A stretch of 41,370 nucleotides of DNA from Octopus bimaculoides (Eukaryota): NCBI RefSeq assembly GCF_001194135.2, contig NC_068983.1:15202042-15243411 (forward strand). The letters run 5' to 3'. The number at the start of each line of letters is the position of its first letter. The stretch's first letter is position 1. The notes below the pieces were generated by a model. That model was not told the DNA's origin. It worked only from the letters and a program-made list of their open reading frames with translations, and ran no database searches. Positions 35,473-41,370 of this stretch are shown piece after piece. A program made the position numbers and the translations under genes.

Positions 35473-38400
35473 ATTCAATCTTTAATCCTCAACAGCAATT
35501 TGTATACTCGCTCACACTAATCTTCACAAGTACATCCTTCACATCTTTGATGTATTTTTCATCTTCCAATCCAGATTTTAACAAATTACCATCGCCTGCA
35601 ACATTGTGGGACCTATAAAGCCTCACAATTACTGATAATCTCACTAGAGATCTTAAATCCATAGCATTCACGACATAGCCTAACTCTTCGGAGCCAAATA
35701 ATAATTCACCCCCCGATCAACTGTTTCTTTATAAACCTCAAATGAGAACCACAATGAATTGCTACATCCAAACAAGGAACAGTGCTGCTGCAACAAACGC
35801 AAACATCCTAGACAAAGCATGATCAACCTTTTTAAAAAGCTGGCCGCATGAGACATTGCTTGCCATTAGGCGGGCCGCACTACTAAGGCATGTCATTCAG
35901 AGAGTCCTGCGGACCGCAAGTTTCCCATGATTGTCCTAGACCGACTGACTAACAAGGAGTTACCAATGCACTTCATCTCTCAGTTCTTTAGACTCTGGCT
36001 TCTCTAACTCTTTCTACCACTACTACAATGGCTTCTGTTTCTCGGAGCTAGCTATTTGCATAACACCCCAAGCAAACTGGCAAGAAATGAAAAAGAAAGA
36101 TTAACATTTTATGGATGTTTCTAATCTCTGCGATATCCATCCTGCTGATTGCAGTGTGTTTCTTGTATAGCAGGCTGAGATTTATGGTACCTCGGACACA
36201 AAGTGTCTCGCAATATTTAATCTTGTCACTTTACGTTCAAAATTCAGATCCTATCAAAGCGAACTACACCTATTATTTTTATGGATAAACTAAAATCAGT
36301 ACGAAAATGATTTAACTGACTATATCTCTCGCTCTAAACTTTGCGGCTTTGTACCTATGTTAAAATTAAATATGTTACTTGTACAAAAAGAACCTAAGTT
36401 AATAACGAGAACCTCTCAATTGTAGTGGAAACAACAAGACTGTTTTCGATCATTTCGGATCGATTAGTTTTATTGATAGATTCATGTATACATTGATCTT
36501 CTCATATTCCGAAGCTCAAAATTTGTGCAAATAATTCTGGACTTTTGACCAGACACTGAGACACGCCCATTACTAAAGTCATGGTTTGTTAAAGTTTCTT
36601 GCAAAAAAAAAAAGCTTCTATTTGATTAGTTACCAGCGTTTCATTACTTTGTGTCTGCAATTGTGTCTGTTGAATTAAAATTAATTTCATGATGAGTCAA
36701 TATTTCTTTATATTATTGGTTTCGTAGACACAAATTGTAAAGCGATTTTTCCTAAAAAATAGTGACAAATTGGGATCTTCACACCTCTGTCCATACAGTT
36801 ATCTGTGCAGAACGTGCTAGCATCTGCAAATCTTCGTACAGGTTATTTATTGACTTAACAAATTATGTATTCCTCGAATTGACGACGCCACTGAGATTTT
36901 CCAGAACAACAATTTTCCTTTCGCAAATCACCGTCTTTGGAAAAGCTGCTTTCAGATTTTCACAAAGATTTTCTTTATATATATATATGTTTGTTCAGGT
37001 ACGATAAGAAATCTACAGGAATAGAAACTAAAATTATTTTTTATCTTTCAGTGCAGCTGCTTCCCTCAATTCTGCTGTATTTTCGCTAGTTAAACATGAT
37101 GTGTCTTCATTCTCATCAACAATTTCTTTCAATTTCTTAACAATCATTTGTATCTCAGAGACCAGTTCTTTTCTCTGATGTATTAGTTTTCTTTTATTTA
37201 TTGATAATGTTGCTCTCTGCCTCATGAGAAGGCATTAGCTTTCGACTGTTTTCAGTTTATCAGTTTTGTTTCTTATATGCATATTAGAATTGAGTTGTTG
37301 TTTTTAACACGAGTAAACAATAACAAAACTAAAACAATTGAGTTTGTTGACAACATTTCCGGACATTACATTATATTAATTATAGTCATTACAAGTAAAA
37401 AAAATCTGAAGACGAAAGAAATAACAGAACTACTAACAGGACTCGATGTACGAGTACATTGCTCGATTGTGCGTTCATATTTTAATAAAAATTTTAGGAA
37501 CTCTTTACTCTTTTTGATATGAGAATCTACCCGTGTGATTGGGAGAGAGGATCTGCTTGAATATATAACGGACGAACGATAAAAAAGATAAGAGACTGTA
37601 TAAAAGAACAGTAAAATGGAACTGCGAGCTTTGGGGGCTATTTCATCCTTTCATTGTAAATATTTAATTTCATACTCATCATTCGTTATATGTACTCCAC
37701 GTTTTGTATTGTCTGTCTTTGTAATGTCCATTCTATGTTGGGTCTTTATGCCTAAATAAAGATAGTACAGCGACTTGCTATAAGATTTTAAAATGGCTTT
37801 CTTTCAATGTTAGCGTTTGTTGGTGTTAGATTGTTTTTGTTTAATACAAGGTTTGATCTCCTGGTCAACTACATGATTCAGGAGATCTATAATCAAAGAT
37901 TTCCCAAAGTGCTATGTATCTGCTGTGTGCTTCCTTTTATAAGATGGTATTGTGAGATTTGAGTGAGATTGGTAGCCATTTCTAGCAGGCCGGACAACGG
38001 TGTAGTGGCTCCGTCGTATGATCATATTAGCGTTGTATGGAACGACGGAACATTATTAGAAATGGACAATCACTAAAGAAAGCCTTTGCCTGTGAGTTTT
38101 ATAGATTTCTTTGGTGATTCGGAGTAGAAATAAGTATTAGAATGCTGATTAAATGGTGGAATATAAAGCCATTGATAGTGTGTATCTTATTGAATGAACA
38201 AATATCTAGGAGAAATGGGATTTCTCTGAATTAAGATCATTAGTGACGTCGAAAATGGGGTTTGTAAATATAAAACATCGGCTGCATTGAAGTAGAAGTA
38301 GTAAATGTTAAACATTCGCTTCTTTCAGTGAAGCCAACAAAGCTGTCAGTGAACATATATTGAAGTGATGATGGTAAAGTTAAAGCATGAGATGGAAGCA

Positions 38401-38903
38401 TTGTATGTCTGTACAGCCAATACTTTTAGAGCATCATGCACTTTCGCAATCATGCACCATACCAATGTTAGTCATGGCTACGTGGCTAAGATGTTTGCTT
38501 CGAAACCAAGTGCTTCCGGGTTCGCTCTATTGCACGATGGCGCCTATATATATATATATATATAATTAAGTGGAGAATGGAAATTATAAACTGCGGTTTA
38601 AACGATAAATTACCTGCCTCTGGATACCTTCTAACAAAGACGGTACCCACACAAGTAATCTCCAGGAGTGCCTTCGGATTTAACTATCCCCTGGTTGCTT
38701 AGATACTTCAGACTACCCCTGGAATATTGAAGCAATCCTATCATATACCTATATATATATATAATTAATTTACGAAGGTGTTGTTAATTCTATTATTATC
38801 CAATGTAACTATTTTAAGAATGATAATAACAGAATCAATGACACAGGCGACAGCAGGCCAAAAAATAGCTTTTAAATAGCCGAGGGATTAAAATTAATCA
38901 AAG

Positions 38904-39168
38904 GACATACTAAGTATGTCTACCTGCTTGAAATAACAGTCAAAACTTGTAATTAAATCGCCAAAAATACACTGGTGATAACTACAGAAATCAAACGAAG
39001 GCAACCTCGGTTAAGACAATCTATTTACATACATTTAAGTATTTAAGTACATTGTCTTAACCGAATTTGCCTTCGTTTGATTTCTGTAGTTATCACCAGT
39101 GTATTTTTGGCGATTTTGATAACGAGTTTTGACTGTTATTTCAAGCAGGTAGACATACTTAGTATGTC
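38904..39168. repeat. 265-bp foldback (117/118-bp arms, 30-nt spacer), probable MITE
   Basis: 38904-39020 matches the reverse complement of 39051-39168 with about 6 differences; the right arm ends at an N-gap. Confidence 0.92.
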
Positions 39169-39287
39169 NNNNNNNNNNNNNNNNNNNNNNNNNNNNNNNN
39201 NNNNNNNNNNNNNNNNNNNNNNNNNNNNNNNNNNNNNNNNNNNNNNNNNNNNNNNNNNNNNNNNNNNNGTGTGTGTGTGTGTGTGTG

Positions 39288-39288
<1 letters not shown>

Positions 39289-39335
<47 letters not shown>

Positions 39336-39360
39336 CAGATAGATAGATAGATAGATAGAT
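39289..39360. repeat. (GATA)n microsatellite
   Basis: Direct tandem run. Confidence 0.97.
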
Positions 39361-39689
39361 TAAAGTAAAAATGAAGAAGTAAAACGTTTGGCAGCACTTG
39401 AAGAAATTTAATTTAGATATAGAATATGAACGTATATGTTTATATTTTCTATCTTAATTAAATTTCTTTTTCAAATGGTGCCAAACGTTTTGCTTTTACA
39501 TTTTAACTTTAATCTATATTTACCTGCTCAATGAAAAACTACTTCTAACCACTTCTGACAGACAGTCTCAACATCACATTTTCAGTTGCAGTTCAAACCG
39601 AAGTTTTAGTTATAAACTAAACTGAGTACTCAGAGTACATACCTATTACATTACGTCGGTTGACAAAAACTCCTTATATATTCTTGATA

Positions 39690-39870
39690 GATCGCTAACC
39701 ACTACACACATTTTTTTCTTTGCCTGTTTCTTTCTGTGTTCCTTTCTGTGGAAGAGCGTAGGCTCGAAACGTTAAAGACTTTTTCAATTCCCGAGCGTTA
39801 TACTAATCCATCTGTTTGTTTTCTACACCATCTGTCATCGTCTGTTGTCTTTTTGTGAATTCTCCCTATA
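39690..39870 (+). mobile_element. Penelope-like element terminal fragment
   Basis: Shares its upstream part with 22680-22790 and its downstream part with 33780-33878; ends in TTCTCCC(TA)n. Confidence 0.6.
39742..39777 (+). ncRNA. Minimal hammerhead-like motif, copy 3
   Basis: CUUU / CUGUGGA / A / GAGC-GUAG-GCUC / GAA / ACGU / U / AAAG. Confidence 0.45.
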
Positions 39871-39969
39871 TATATATAGATAGATAGATAGGTAGACAGA
39901 CAAACAGAGACAGATAGATAGGTAGAGATGTTTGTATATATGTATGTATGCATGTATGTTTGTATGTAG

Positions 39970-40110
39970 AGGGTACATGGCCTAGCGGTGAAGGTGCTGC
40001 ACTCACAATCACGTTTTCAATTACTGTACCGGGTGATGCGTTGTGTTCTTGATCAAAACACTTCATCTCTCGTTGCTCTACGATCACTTCAACACCTGAC
40101 TTATGATAAA
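39970..40110 (+). mobile_element. Degraded tRNA-derived SINE head and body of a further family
   Basis: A-box-like TGGCCTAGCGGT followed by GCGTTGTGTTCTTGATCAAAACACTTCATCTC. Confidence 0.5.
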
Positions 40111-40265
40111 CCGCGCATTCGTTCAAACATCAACATTTCTTCATAGCATTTGAGGCAATCCTCACTTAACGCTGCAGAGAGATTCTTGAGAAGAGCGATT
40201 TTAAGCGAAACGACGTAGATCGAAATCTATTTCACCATACGTTCAACGATATAAACAAGAGTTAT

Positions 40266-40665
40266 TTAGTTTAGTTTAGTTTAGTTGGTACTCCGTCGCT
40301 TACGACGCCGAGGGTTCCAGTTGATCCGATCAACAGAACAGCCTGCTCGTGAAATTAACGTGCAAGTGGCTGAGCACTCCACAGACACGTGTACCCTTAA
40401 CGTAGTTCTCGGGGAGAATCAGCGTGACACAGTGTGACAAGGCTGACCCTTTGAATTACAGGCACAACAGAAACAGGAAGAAAGAGTGAGAGAAAGTTGT
40501 GGTGAAAGAGTACAGCAGGGTTCGCCACCATCCCCTGCCGGAGCCTCGTGGAGCTTTTAGGTGTTTTCGCTCAATAAACACTCACAACGCCCGGTCTGGG
40601 AATCGAAACCGCGATCCTATAACCGCGAGTCCGCTGCCCTAACCACTGGGCCATTGCACCTCCAC
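40266..40665 (-). mobile_element. Full-length OR1-like SINE with a pentanucleotide tail
   Basis: Closely similar to 10750-11146; perfect 13-bp TSD AAACAAGAGTTAT (40253-40265 and 40666-40678); tail reads (TTAGT)n on the + strand. Confidence 0.94.
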
Positions 40666-40926
40666 AAACAAGAGTTATATTCCTATAGTATATGCCTGCA
40701 GTGTTTTTCTAGTCAAAAAAGACAAACTTCTAAATAAAACTCAAAACAGCTTTAGAATTAAACAATGTAATATATGTTTGTGCTATAAATACATTTAGCA
40801 AAGATTCTTAAAAATCAATAAGATTATTTACTTAAAGAACATGTCCATGGTTTGTGGCTGAGCATTATTTTTCTTCTGTTCGTATAATTCCTTGTAGCTG
40901 TTGTTTTCACTCATTATTAACCTGTT

Positions 40927-41129
40927 AAAGGCGGCAAACTGGCAGAATCGTTACTTCGCCAGACAAAACGGTTAGCGATAATTCTTCCGGATCTTCAGCT
41001 TCCGAGTTCAAATGCTGCCAAGATCGACTTTGCTTTTTTTTCACCCTTTTCGGAGTCGATAAAATAAGTACTAGTTGCAATCGACTTCTCCCCATCCTCA
41101 GAATCGGTGGCCTTGTGACAAATTTAGAA
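40927..41129 (+). mobile_element. Meta/MESC-like SINE with an 11-bp TSD
   Basis: TSD ATTAACCTGTT at 40916-40926 and 41130-41140; the head and central domain are recognisable. Confidence 0.88.
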
Positions 41130-41181
41130 ATTAACCTGTTTGATTATGAACTTTTCTTTCTTCTTCTCTCTCTCTGTATCT

Positions 41182-41230
<49 letters not shown>

Positions 41231-41370
41231 CCTTTCTCTTTCTATTGTGCTGTCTTAAAGCTTGGGTACATTGAGCAGTTACCTTCACGGGTCTAGAGGT
41301 TCATTTCTTATTTCTTATCTATATATTCTGTGGCTAGATGTCACTAAAGAAATACGATCGGGCCCTGTGT

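Noticed and set aside
38329-38373. 45-bp candidate exon with TTTCAG acceptor and GTAAAG donor
   Set aside because: It has stop codons in all three frames and no supporting neighbouring exons.

Overview
41.4 kb of AT-rich, repeat-saturated animal DNA from a gappy draft assembly, with 15 N-runs, most bounded by microsatellites. The SINE families match those I recall from octopus, so this is most likely intronic or intergenic Octopus (coleoid cephalopod) sequence; that assignment is from memory, not a database hit. I cannot support any intact host protein-coding gene, tRNA gene or CRISPR array, and nearly all ORF-track entries are microsatellite, N-gap or SINE artefacts. Supported content: (1) three recurrent tRNA-derived SINE families (a Meta/MESC-like type, a CORE-like type, and a (CAA)n-tailed type), plus rarer SINEs, several with clear target-site duplications; (2) a full-length but dead DD37D (maT) Tc1/mariner element with TIRs and TA TSD; (3) a D,D34D mariner transposase relic and a 106-bp mariner MITE; (4) CR1 reverse-transcriptase and probable L2/CR1 endonuclease relics; (5) Penelope-like fragments, each carrying a minimal hammerhead-ribozyme-like motif with an unusual U at position 6; (6) a 592-bp Merlin-like MITE with nested inverted repeats around a head-to-head telomeric (TAACCC)n-(GGGTTA)n core; (7) a 265-bp near-perfect foldback. 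The hammerhead-like motif and the telomere-core MITE are the best candidates for something undescribed.
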